Origin: the human T2T-CHM13v2.0 reference genome, Homo sapiens
Direction: 5' to 3' (one strand)
Length of the DNA stretch: 64,000 bases
NCBI RefSeq assembly: GCF_009914755.1
Contig: NC_060925.1
Shown: piece by piece, positions 24,062-36,842 of the stretch
Layout of the letters: each line of letters opens with the position of its first letter
Position numbering within the stretch: the first letter of the stretch is position 1
Made by a program: the position numbers and the translations under genes
Notes under the pieces: generated by a model
What the model was told of the DNA's origin: nothing
Databases searched by the model: none
Seen by the model: the letters and a program-made list of their open reading frames with translations, nothing else

Positions 24062-25794
24062 TGTTGAATTTATTTATAAGCACAACATGTATTTAGATGT
24101 TACTCTAAATGAAATTGTATTTTTATTTCATTTTCCAAATGCTCATTGCTAATATACAGAAATACAAAAGACTACTTATATTGAGCTTATATTCTGCAAT
24201 GTTACCGAACTCACTAATTAGTTTTGGTAGATTTTTGTAGATTTCTAGGATTGTTAACCTACACACAGTCATCATCTGTGAATAAAGACAGCTTCAATTC
24301 CTTATTTTTAAATTTTTCAATACTTTATTTATTTTTCCTACTTTTTTGCATTGATTTAGATCTCTAGTATAATGCTGAATTGAAAGAGTAACAACAGGTA
24401 TTCTATTTTTTTCTCTGATTTAATAGAAAAGCATTCAATCTTATGCCATTTAATATAATGTTACCTGTGGGTTTTTCAAATCTGCACTTAATGAGGTTGG
24501 AATTGGTGCCTTCTGTTCTTATCAATCTGAGAGTTTTCTGGGGTTTGTTTTTATAAATCATGAAAAAAGTTTTCAATTTTGCCAAATGCTTTTACTGTGT
24601 ATGTCAGGGTAATCATACAGTTTTTCTCTTTTGCACTGATAATACAAAAAAATATATTTTTTAAATATAAAAAAGATTTCTTGAATCAAGCTAGGACAGT
24701 TTTTTTTAATTATAAACTTTTAACAAATATATTGAAATGTAACTTACATACAAATAACTGCACATCATTAAAGTGTATAATTTTAAGAGTTTGATCACAG
24801 TATACATGAGTCAAAGAGAAAGGACAGAAAATACTAAGTATGGCTCAGCATATGTGGTCTGTCTTGGTGAATGTTCTATGTGAGTTTGAGAAGAGTTATT
24901 TGTTAGCTGTTCTTAGACGTATTTTGCTTAAATGTCGACTTGGCTAACTTCTGTCATTGATCGTGTGAATTAATTTTGTTCTAGTGGGCAGTAAAATTAC
25001 TGCCTGATCACATTGGACTTATGTGGATTTGGCTTATGTTTTATTACAGTGGATTCACGGAAAGCCCACAGCATTTCCCAAGACCCTCTAATTTGGCAGG
25101 ACTCAATCACCAATCCACCCCTTTGTGGATTTTGACAGGGTTTGATTTCAGGCTTTACTAGGGCTGGTCTAGAAGGGGTTTTAAAGCATGACACTTATTC
25201 CTAAAGCACAGCCATTCTAGTGTCTTAGTTGGATACCTGGGTGCTAATGAGGTGTGCATGGGTTCTTCCCACCCTGGATGGCAGGAACTCCATCATCCAT
25301 TCCCCAATCCTCCTCCACCTCAAGTACCGCTGGTCCAAACTCAATTTTATAACAGCCACCCCTCTGTTAAATCTGTTAGTCTTTTCCTCGTGCAGGTACA
25401 GTCTAGTCCTTGATAAGTATGCACATGGAACCCCACATGGACTTCGAGAGCTCCCCCTCTGAACAGCTGTCTCCTATTGGTGCCCTGCCCTGCAGATTGC
25501 AATTTCTTCAGTGGCCTTGAACTCTGATCTCTGCCTTCTTTCTCAGCTCAGTGGGGCTGCCCTGCTCTGAGTGGACTCTAGCCCACTGTGCAGCTGCTGA
25601 GAAATTCTTCCCAGACAAAGAACTAGGAAATCACAGGGCTTCTCCCTTAAGTATCCTGTTGTACTGCCTGTTGTCCACTGTCTGAAAACAATTTTATGGT
25701 TGTTTATGGAGGCAGGATTGGTCTGATATGATTTATTCTAACAGACAGAAGCAGAAATCTGTTATACTCTTTAATTATTGTGTCTTTATAATAT

Positions 25795-26416
25795 TATGGT
25801 AGACAGAATCCTAAGATGACCCCCAGTGATCTTTGCTCTTATATAATCACTTCTTCCTGAGTGTAGACAAAGCCAGTGATGAGCTATCACTCCTGTGATT
25901 CTGTTACAATTTGTGGCAAAAACAAGTCAGCAGATGTAATCGAGATCCCAAATCAGTCAAATCTAAGATAGAGATTATCTTATGAGCTTGACCTAATGAA
26001 GGTGAGTTCCTTGGGGGGACTGAGGTCTTCCTGGAGAGATGTGAAGTGCAGGAGGGTTTCCATGCAGGGCGATTCTCTCTGCTGGCTGGAGGAAGCATGC
26101 ACTGGGAACACAGGAGGCCTCTAGGAGCAGCGAGAGGCCCCTGGCTGACAGCCAGCAAGAAAACAGAGATCTCAGTCCTACAGTCACAAGGAACTGAACT
26201 CAGCTGACAACCTGAGGAAACTTGAGAGGAAGTTCTTCCCCAGAACCTCCAGAAAGAAACCCAGCCTAATCTCAGCCTGTGAGGCCCGGAGAAGAAGACC
26301 CAGCTAATCCAGGCCTGAACTTCTGATCTGTGGACACTGCAAGAAAGTAAATGGTTGTTATTTTAAGCCTCTAAAGCTTGCAGTAATTTTGTATGCAGCA
26401 ATAGAAAATTAATACA
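25795..26416 (+). mobile_element. MLT1-type MaLR LTR
   Basis: Starts TATGGTAGACAGAAT...GACCCCCA and ends GCAGCAATAGAAAATTAATACA, typical MLT1 termini. Confidence 0.7.
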
Positions 26417-26599
26417 AATAAAATGAAGAAGACTTTGGAGTGGGGACAAGAATGAAACGGTGGGAAAGGGATGCCTGTATGCTGATACGGTTGATGCCTG
26501 TATGGTTGAATTGGGTCTACCATTCCTCAACTAATTAGCTATGGTCTATTAACGTGCATAGCTATACACAAATACTGGTACTAGGTTGAATCCTGAGGG

Positions 26600-27470
26600 A
26601 GAAGATATTGCATTCTTGAGAGCAGACGAGAACATCCTGAATTTGGGGTCACCGTATCATAAGTCATATACCAGGTCCCTCTGGGAAGGCCTAGAGGAAG
26701 ATTTACAGGATACACTTGTGACAACATTGAAGGCTTCTTTCTTCCCCAAAGGGACCCGATCTCCCCTCAGTCAAGAAGCTCCAGGTCTCAGAACTGGACG
26801 ACAGGTTATAAATTCCCACTATACTGATTCCATCAAGCTTCTGTTCACAGAACTAGAGTTTATCAGTAAAAGATAGACTCATGGAAGTCTAGGCATTTAT
26901 TCTCTTATTTTATATAAATCAGTTAATATGCAGGAACAAAACAGACTTTGAAGAAAGAAAGTCACAGTTGCCACAGGAAAACAGCTTCCACATCCTCATG
27001 AGTCATCATGAGTGTTCTGTTGGGAGGACTTGATATGAGGGTTTCCTCCTCATGGGCTAGTACAGATCCGGGGGAAATGTCATCAAGTCCTCGATTCGGA
27101 GTGTAGCAGCTGGGGCTGTTGATTTGTTAGGCCTCCTGCAGCTGGAGATGCAAGTAGTGCATTTTCATGTCCACCGCAGGTGTCCTTAGGCTAGCATTTT
27201 CAGAGCCAGAATCCAACAAGCCATAGAAGCTCTGAGTATTTCCCTTTCCTCAGTCACCCACATAAAAGGCTTCAGGTCCTTCTGGGGAAGACCTGGAGGA
27301 AGATTTACAGCATACACTTGTGGCAGCATTGAAGGCTTCACTCTTCCCCAAGGGATCCAATCTCCTCTCATCTGAACTTGATGCCAGGTCATAAATTCCC
27401 ACTATGGTGACTCCAACAGGTCTCTGTCCTCAGAACTAGAGCTTTCCTAATTATTACATAAGTTGGTTTC
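26600..27470 (-). mobile_element. Degenerate ERVL internal (gag/pro) sequence, partly duplicated
   Basis: Minus-strand peptide VYAVNLPPGLPQKDLKPFMWVT resembles the ERVL gag-pro junction. Confidence 0.55.
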
Positions 27471-28704
27471 TTAGTGGATTTCCCATCCATTACATCCCAG
27501 ACACCTCACAATGATTGGTCACCACCACGTGTCCCTGCCTCTCAAGGAAATCCCTTCGGCCTTGTCTCTAGACAGCCGAGTCCCATGGCCTGTCCTCTAC
27601 TCTTCCAGAACCCTGCTGTTCTCACTGACAGCAGGGAGGGCAAATCCATGCAGCATCTCCCGCCATGACCTCCAGCCTGCAGAGGAGAGGCGCCACAGGA
27701 CCTTTACACACACACTGCTGTTCCCCTCACCCATGCATTTCTTAATGCCTTGGTGAGAAGAATGTCTCTGGATCTTCCTTGATGGGAGCTAAAAGAACAA
27801 AGGTAAATAATGTTATGGGACCCACTGAGAATTGGGGCTGTGGAAGAGTGGCCACTGAAGTAATAGACAGATGCAGCTATTGCCAGATACTCAGTGCCAG
27901 AGCAGGGAGGGAGAGGGAAGAAATACGGACCTCACCTTCCTCTCACTTCCAGGCTCCACTGGGTGCCCCCCATTGCTAAACCTAACTGGAAGTGTGCACG
28001 CAGGGGAGCCAGGGATGCATTCTAGAAGGGACAAGCCCCGAGTGGCATAAGACAGGGTGGAAATGAGTGGAGAGTGGATCTGTGGTCAGGTGGAGGGGAT
28101 GTTATAGGGGAAACAAAAGGAGCATACTAGCTAATAATGCTAGATGACACTAATATCCCAAAGTCTTTGCTCTATTCAGAAAAGAAAATTCAGCATAAAG
28201 CACTCAACCAGGAGTCAAGATATTATATTTTCAACTGTTGTTCCAACAGCTGTATTATAAAGGGCCAGTTCATTTCATGCCTTTTTAATTTGACTTAAAC
28301 TGCCAGGTGGCATTGGGGCTGGCACAGCCATGTTCAATTATGTGTTGAAGAATACACAGAGACTGCCAGGCTGAGGGAAGATACAAGAGAATAGAAGAGG
28401 TGCTCACAGAGAACAACAGACCATGAGGCCCCAGAGTCAGTTGCAGCAACAGCCACTATCGGCTGCTCATTTTCCCAGACAGAGCCCACAAGCCTCAGCC
28501 ATGCTTTGCTTCTGCAGGATGCTTCTTCACCTTTTCAATAAACCTGCCTGAATTTAAGCTGACAGGAGTTTATTTCTCCTTCATCATAAATGAAATTCTT
28601 CACCACAACAATCCCCAGTGAATTGTGGGCACAGAAGGCAGGCCCATCCCTGCTTCTGTTCCACTATCTCCCTGTAGGCTGAAAAGGAGGAGGTACTGAA
28701 TTAA

Positions 28705-29468
28705 CTCCAAATGTTCCTCTGGCTCCGATATTCTGTGATTCTGGTTTCTTTTCGGCTACTTTGCTTTTGGAAGCATGTATCCTAAGGCGTCCAGTTGAAC
28801 AACCTTTGTCTACTGTGTCCGGGCATTCCTGGTGGTAGTTCAGACAAGACACTCTTGGGTTGCTGCACTCACAACCACTGAACCAATTCTATGACCATCT
28901 GTTTCATGGCCACATGTTTGCTCATTTTGTGTGTACATAAAGGGAGGAGACAGACAGCAAACTTGCATGTTATAAATTGTATCATCTTAGGAAACAAGGC
29001 AAGACTTTGCAATAAAACCTTAAGATGCATTAATTTTAATCCTAATGCAATAAAGAATGCCCATAAAATTCTTATCTAAAGAATGTTTAGAAAGTTGTTG
29101 AACAAGGGACATCATCATTTAAAGTGATATGAAGAAACCTTCTCAGCTAAGCATACGGGCTAGATTAGACAGAAAAGTAAAGGACCCATCTCTGCCCTGG
29201 AAAAACTACCGGTAGCATCTTTCAAAAAGCTCCCTGTGTTTGAGTACATACCTTGATCCATAGGCTCACATTTGATCCCAACTGGCGGCTGCTTCTTGGC
29301 ATTAACAATGGATTCCCAACCAGTAAATCTTAGCAAGATCTGAGTTTCTCCAGGTATGATATTATTTTGTTTGACCATCCTTATCTTCAAGGGCTACCAA
29401 GAAGGAACAAAGAATTTATTTGCTTTCCCATGAGAAAAGGTTTTACCAATGAGACACTTTCTTACCAT
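28705..29468 (-). other. Orphan exon cluster (donor at 29465; exon 29252-29393; dead exon 28705-28928)
   Basis: Canonical splice sites on the 142-nt exon, and the reading frame continues across both junctions. See findings. Confidence 0.5.
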
Positions 29469-29689
29469 GACCCCAGGGCACCCTATACCTTGTTCACTTG
29501 AGTGCCCTGTGTGGCCTGGCAGAAGCTCATGCTGGTCACAGGGTTCTTTATATGATTAACCTCCTTTCTGAATCCCAACTTCATGGTGGTGGTGATGACA
29601 GGTGTCCTGTATCCCATGCTCATGTCCCTGAAGGCATCAGCCATGTCTCCAGTTAGAAAAAATTACATGTATCTAGAGAGGCCTCTTTG

Positions 29690-32200
29690 GAAGTAGTAAA
29701 AGCTTTCTCACCTTCATACATTAATGGCTGGAATGTACAATAGTATAAACACTTCAGGAAAAAATGTCTGGCATATTCTTACAGAACTAAACAACTATCT
29801 ATTCTATGACTCAGTAATTCCTAAGCATTTATCCAAGAGAAATTAAAACATATGTCCAGAAAATAATTTATACAAGAAGGTTCATAGCAGTTTAATTCAT
29901 AATAGGAAAAACTAGAAAAATTGAAGTATCTGTCAATACAAGAATGGATCAATAAACTGTGATACATTCATTCCATGGAATGGCTAAAGGAACAAATGGT
30001 TGACACACAAAACATGGACGAATCTCAAAAACATTTCAAGTGCAATAGGAGCCATATGCAAAAGAGTACTCACTTTTTAATTCCATTGATAGATGTTCTG
30101 ATGGAAAAAAAAAGCAGTATTTGCCTATAGATAAAGTCAAAATTGACCAGGAAGGGGCATGAAGAAATTTTACGGTGAGGAGAATGTTCCATATGTTTAT
30201 ATGCATTTATCAAAACTCATCTAATGTTCACTTATAATTTGAGCATTTTATTGTATGTAAATTGTACCTGAAAAGCAAAAAAACTATAGATAAATATTGA
30301 ACTTTAGGAAAGGATGTGAATGCTGAAGGATTCAGTGGGATGTGAATTCAGTGTACTGATGTCTGTAGTTTACTTGAAATGCATCAAAAAACATAGATGA
30401 ATGAAGAGGTGGATTGGGAGATGGGTAAATATATAGATATATGATAAAGCAAGGATAGTAAATATTAATGATAGAATCTAGGGGATAGGTATATAGGTAA
30501 AAGCACCCCACGTTTGTAAAAGTCTTTCAACTTTGTTTTATATTTGAAAATTTTAATAAGGAAATACTTCAAGCCTTTGGAAACCCCAGCACAAGGGAAA
30601 TTACCATCACTTCATCTGTCGACTATATCATGACCATGTTCATTAGAACACCGACTTCTCGCCCAAAATAAAGCCATCTTTGTAATCACTTTAAATGGAA
30701 CTGCCAAAGCCGGTCCAGGAGTAACCAGTGCTATGGCCAGAGGGAGTCTCGCTGGAGAGAAAATTGGCAAATACTTCAAACTTAATGAAAATAAGAACAA
30801 AACATATTAAAATTTGTGAGATGAAGCTAAAGTGATACTTAGGAAAAAACACATAAGTTTATAGGTCTGTAATAGAGAAGAAGAAAATTTTAAAATTAAT
30901 GATCTAAATTTATAGTCTTAAGATTCTAGAAAAAGACAAGCAGATTAAACTAAAAGTAAGTAGAACAAAAGAAATCATAAAAAGCAGAAAACAATGAAAT
31001 AAAAATCAGATAAACAATTAAAAATTAAAGCCAAAAGCTGTTTTTTAAAAGATTAATACAACTGATACATACCTACAAAGATGAATTAAGGAAAAGGAAA
31101 GAAAATGCAAATTTTCTTTTTATCAGGAATTAAAAAGGTGATATCCATAGATTCTACAGACATTAAAGGGATAATAAAACATCATGATAAACAACTTTAC
31201 ATCCATAAAAGCAATACTCAGATAAAATGGGCAAATCTCTTGGAAAGTACAATTCACCCGAACTGACAAGAAGGAATAGCAAGAATATCCCTCCCCCATG
31301 AAAGAAGTTGCATTTATAATTTAAAAATCTGACACTAAGCAAAATCGAAGCCCAGATGCTTTCAAGTTGAGTTCTTTTCTTTATCTATGGATGACATGAT
31401 ACAAATATTAAATTCTTCAGAATATAGAAGAAGAAACATTTCAACGTTTTTGAGGCAAGCATAACCCTGATACCAAAACCAAAGTAAGTATAACGCTAAT
31501 ATCAGAAAATTTTATAAGAAAAAAAATTATACACCACTCTTTCTCGTAAACATAGATTCGAGAAATCCTACAAAATATTAACAAATCAAATCCAAATATA
31601 TAACAGGTATAATAAATCCTGACCAAGTCTAGTTTATCCGAGGAACATAAATCAATTAATGTAATTCAGCCCAATGACAGAATAAAAATATTATACAATT
31701 ATTTCAATAAATGCAGAAAAAGTATTTGACAAGATTGAAACTCATTCATGATTTTAAAAAGAAAACAAAACATGTGGCACACTAAGAATAGAATAAATTT
31801 TCTTTAACTTGCAAAATGCATCTAAGAAGAACATAGAGTTAATATCGTGGTTAATAGTGAAATGCTGAATGCTTTCCATCTCAGACAGGGAATAAGGGAT
31901 TGATGTCAGCTCTTCCCACATTTATTCACTAACATCCTGGAGGTCTTAGTGCAATAATAAAAAACAAAGACAAATTAAAAGGAATAAAGTGTGGAAATGA
32001 TATGTAAAACAATCTGTATTCACAACAAACATGTATGTAGAAAATCCTAAGAAACATTCTTAAAATTACTAGTATTAATCTGTGAATTCAGCAGGGTCAC
32101 AGGATTAAATGGACAAAAGCTAGAAAGCCTCAACAAATAAAGAGATATAACATGTGAAAAAATGGGAAGGTATTAATGCTATCACAGATGTCATTTTTAC
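29690..32200 (+). mobile_element. Old L1M fragments (3' end and ORF2 remnants)
   Basis: A-rich L1 ORF2 motifs (AGCATAACCCTGATACCAAAACC, GATGCAGAAAAAG-like). Boundaries approximate. Confidence 0.65.
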
Positions 32201-32574
32201 TTTGCATCTCCTGGGTTTCCAGTGTTAGTTGGAAAATTTATCCCCATTGCCAATATTATGTATATACTTTAAGTTATCTTGAAAGCTTTTTAAATTAAAT
32301 TAAAATTTTATTTTACGTTTTAGGCTTAAATTCATTTAGAAATTACTTTTGAGTGTGATGAGGTCCAACATTATTTTCTTCCAGATGGACACTAAATTTT
32401 GCCAGCATAGACTATTTTTTAAAATTTATTTTCTTCACTGATTTGACATATCATTACTAAGTATTAAATTTTTATAGACAATGATCTATAATGAGTTATC
32501 TATACTTTTTCACTTATCTATTTATTTTTTGGTTTATGTACTGATACTATACAATTGTTCCTAATCAACTTGTG

Positions 32575-32716
32575 GAGGCTGAGGCAGGAGGATCACTTGA
32601 GCCAGAAGTTGGAGGCTGCAGTGAGCTAGGATCGCACCACTGCTCTCCAGCCTGGGTGACAGAGCAAGACTCTGTAGCAAAAAAAAAAAAACAAACAAAC
32701 AAAAAAAAAAAAACAA
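32575..32716 (+). mobile_element. Alu right-arm fragment
   Basis: GGAGGCTGAGGCAGGAGGATCACTTGAG... followed by an A tail. Confidence 0.8.
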
Positions 32717-32719
32717 AAC

Positions 32720-33890
32720 TCCTCTTAAGTATACAGCTTAATGCATTTTGACAAATTCATACAATTTTAGTAGACTCATACAGTTGTGCAGCTGTCACCA
32801 AAATCCAGTTTTAGAACAGTTTCTTCACCTTTTCAATTTCCCTCCAGCTCCTTTGCAGTCAGTCTCTCCTCCCTCACCCACCCCCTCTACTCCAGCCCCA
32901 AGCAATCATTACTCTGCTCCGTGTCTCTATAAATGTGTCCTTTCTGGCCATTTCATAGAAATAGAGTAAAACAATATGTAGTATTTTGCAATCAGCTTCC
33001 TTCACTTAACGTGTTTTTGAGGTTCATCCATGCTGCAGCATATATGAGATTTCATTGCTGAATAGAATTCCATTCCACAGACACACCACATTTTGTTTAT
33101 CCATTTAGCAGCTGATGGACGTTGAGGTACTTCCGGTTTTTGACCCTTGTAAATAATGCTGTTGTGAACATTCCAGAACAAATCTTGTGTAGACATATGT
33201 TTTGATTTTTCTTGGATAGATTTCTAGGTGTGGAGTTGTTGGATCATATGGTAACCATATGTTTAACTTTTTAAGAAACTGTCAAACTGGTTTCCAAAGT
33301 GACTATTATTTGACCTTTCCACCAGCCCACCAGCAATAGTAGAGGATTCCAGTTTTCCCACATAATCAGCAAGGCTTGGTATTCTCTGTGTTTTTAAAAG
33401 CATAATCATATTCATGGGTGTAGGTGGTATATTAGTGTGGTTTTAATTTGCATCTACCTAAAGACTGATGACTTTGAGTACCCTGTTATATGCTTTTTAG
33501 CCATTTATATTTCTTCTTTGTTAAAATGTGCATCCATGCCCTTTGCTGATTTTTAAAATTAGGTTTCTTCTTGTTGAGTTAACAGAGTTCTTTATATATT
33601 GTGAATTCAAGTCCTTTGTAGGATGTATGATTAGCAAACATTTTCCTTCAGCCTATGACTATTTTCTTCTTAATGGTCTCTTTAGAAGCAGAAAGGTTGT
33701 TAATTTTAATGAAGTCCATTTTATTAATGATTTCTATTATAGCTTGTGCTTTTGCTGTATTATCTTAGAACTCTTTGCTTAACCCAAATTCAGAAAGATT
33801 TTCTCCCATGGATTCCTCCTGAACTTTTATATTTTAGCTCTTACAACTAGGTCTATATCCATTTTGAGTCAATTGCTGTGTATGTGTGAT
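32720..33890 (-). mobile_element. Old L1M 3' fragment
   Basis: Antisense L1 3' motifs (TTTGTTTATCCATTTAGCAGCTGATGGAC, GGATCATATGGTAA). Confidence 0.7.
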
Positions 33891-35117
33891 GTCAGGCAAA
33901 GTGCCATGAGGGAGCTTTATCTGGATAGCAGCAGCAGAACTTGGAGGTAAGTTATGTTTAAGAGCTATCCTTCCCCAGCCCATGAAACCGAAATTTCCTG
34001 CTGCATCTGTTAGTGATTGGCTAATGCCTTGAGGGAAGAGAGATAAATGGGATATGTGGATTATACACTCCCGTATACATCCCGTTTTGGGGGACTGGGT
34101 GCAAAATGGTTACAGTAGCCCAAGGATAGTCCTACTAGAAGAATCCTGAGGAGCAAAAACGCACCAAAAGCAGGGAAGGACTGTACAGAGGGGCTAACAG
34201 GGATCTCAGGTGATCTAGGTTGGGTTCCTAGGAAGTCTCCTCCTGAGATGGATGCAAAGGGGAACTTGCACATATCAAGGACTCAGTAAACATGTGTCTT
34301 GGGAGTTAGGAACATATGGAAGGCATTTCATAGTTTGTAAACATTTTTGTCAACATGAAAATAGCAGGCATCTAGACTTATAATCTCCTAAAGAAAAGAT
34401 ACAGAAACTTGACAATCAAGGGTTCCATCCACTTAAGAACCAGTGAACTCTGAGAGAATCCTAAGTGTTAGCTGATATTGCCCTATCCCAGCCCACAGAC
34501 CCCACACTTTTAAGATTTGTTGGGTTTCCTATGTGTGGTCAAAGGAACACTAGCCTAATGAATTTGACACTCTGAATAAATAGATAGTTCAGGGAATGTA
34601 ATGTTACATAGTTATAACACATTACTTATCACTCTCACTGCAGTAGCCTTTCTGAAAATGAAAATGAAATCCCTGATATTCAACTGAAACACATGGTAGT
34701 CAAAACATAAAGGTTGGGTTTGTAGTTTATTCTAATTATTGAGTCCTCAGCTTGAATGAGGGTAAGTAAAGTGCAGATCCCACTGGAATGTCTTCTAGAT
34801 TTGTGAAGTGGAATGAAGGGTAAAGGGAGAATGCAATTATATAGCTTAGTATAATAAAATATCTTTCCCACCTCACAATTTCTTTTTTATTTTGTCTGAT
34901 CTCAGGGTTCCAGGCCCAAGTGTAGCACCAATGCCTAACCGTGGGCAGAGAAGAATCCACTTCCCAGGTACCTTCACTATTTGGGGGCCTATAAAGGTGG
35001 AGCTCCTCAAAGGTAGGATTGCTGGCATGTCTTAGATGTCTCAGAGGCCTTTGGACAGGAAATGCCCAAGTGTGTAGGTGAGGGGATGGTTGCCTTTTAC
35101 AGAGTCCAGCAACATAA

Positions 35118-35440
<323 letters not shown>

Positions 35441-36530
35441 AGAACTTTGATACCCATCCCAAAGATACCATATCTATACATTTAAATTTGGAATGTGTAT
35501 TCCTAATAGTATTTCAGGATGGAATTTAACTTCACATCATGTAGCCTTATGGAAGCCAACTTTGTATGCAGCTCAATTCCAAGCTTGGTCAGGCTTCTGC
35601 TTGGCCCCATCCCAGGTTAAACAGTACCTGTAAACTGGTTTCACCACTGGGAAAAGGATATGTGTCCAGGATATAATAAAAAGCCTTAGAGACAGATTAT
35701 TGCACACCATAGGGGTGTTCTTAGGTGTGTAATGATTCCAGATAGGATTGCTATCATGCTATTTCTAAGAATAATACTCTGAACTAACTCTCTGAGATCT
35801 GGCACTGACTAATGGCCAACGCTGGAAGGAATCATTGTTCCTTTTCTTAGACAAGGAAAATTGAACTCCTGCTGATTTGGCTAAAATCTCCACAAAATGA
35901 TTTGGAGAAAAGACACAAAGAACTGTTTCTTTCAGCTGCTATGATCTCCCTTTACTGAAGGATAGCCTGGGAAAAGAAAAAAGGTAGCCCAGTCAATTTT
36001 CATTGTAAACAGATAGTGACAGGCTGCCTGGTAAATACACCAATGGTCCTTACTATTGGAAACCTTCTTATATGTGGAATGCTTTTAGTAAGATGTGTCT
36101 GATCTACATAGGTAATCATGGTAGTGAGACCTGGAATCTGTAGATTTGCATGCCATTGTTACTTGGAAATTGTCACATAGTCTATGCAACTATCAGCTTT
36201 ATCAAATGGAAATGACCAAAAATGGCTCCATATTTAAGTAAGTTACAATCTCGCACATCACTTACAGAGCTCTTATATTACATCTGGGCTACATTATTTC
36301 CTAATATGGAAGGGAGGCTCTTTGGGGAATGATGGTGGTGCTCTCATACTTGTGATTTGTGTGTGTCTCACAATTAGCTTTCTTCTTGAGTATGATAATA
36401 TCAATTAATAAAATTTGAAACTAGGTATGGTTTATGATTCTCATAAGGTTTATTTGCAACCCGATCTTTTGTGTTTTCTCCATTTCATGTGGATATTCTC
36501 TTATGCAATTCCCTGACCTTTCTTAAAATA

Positions 36531-36842
36531 GAGGTCATGTCCTTTGCAGGAACATGGATGGAGCTGGAGGTCATTATCTACACCAACTCAGGAACAGTAA
36601 ACCAATACTGCAGGTTGTCACTTATAAGTGGGAGCAAAATAATGTGAGCACACAGACACAAAGAGGGGAACAACAGACACTGGAGCTTACCTGAGGGCGG
36701 AGGTTGGGAGGAGGGAGAGGAGCAGAAAAAATAACTATTGGGTACTAGGTTTAGTACCTGGGTAATGAAATAATCTATGGAATATGAGTTTATATAACAA
36801 ACATGCACATATACTCCTTAACCTAAAATAAAAGTTTAAAAA
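36531..36842 (+). mobile_element. L1MA/L1PB-type 3' end
   Basis: ACATGGATGGAGCTGGAGGTCATTATC...AACCTAAAATAAAAGTTTAAA. Confidence 0.8.
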
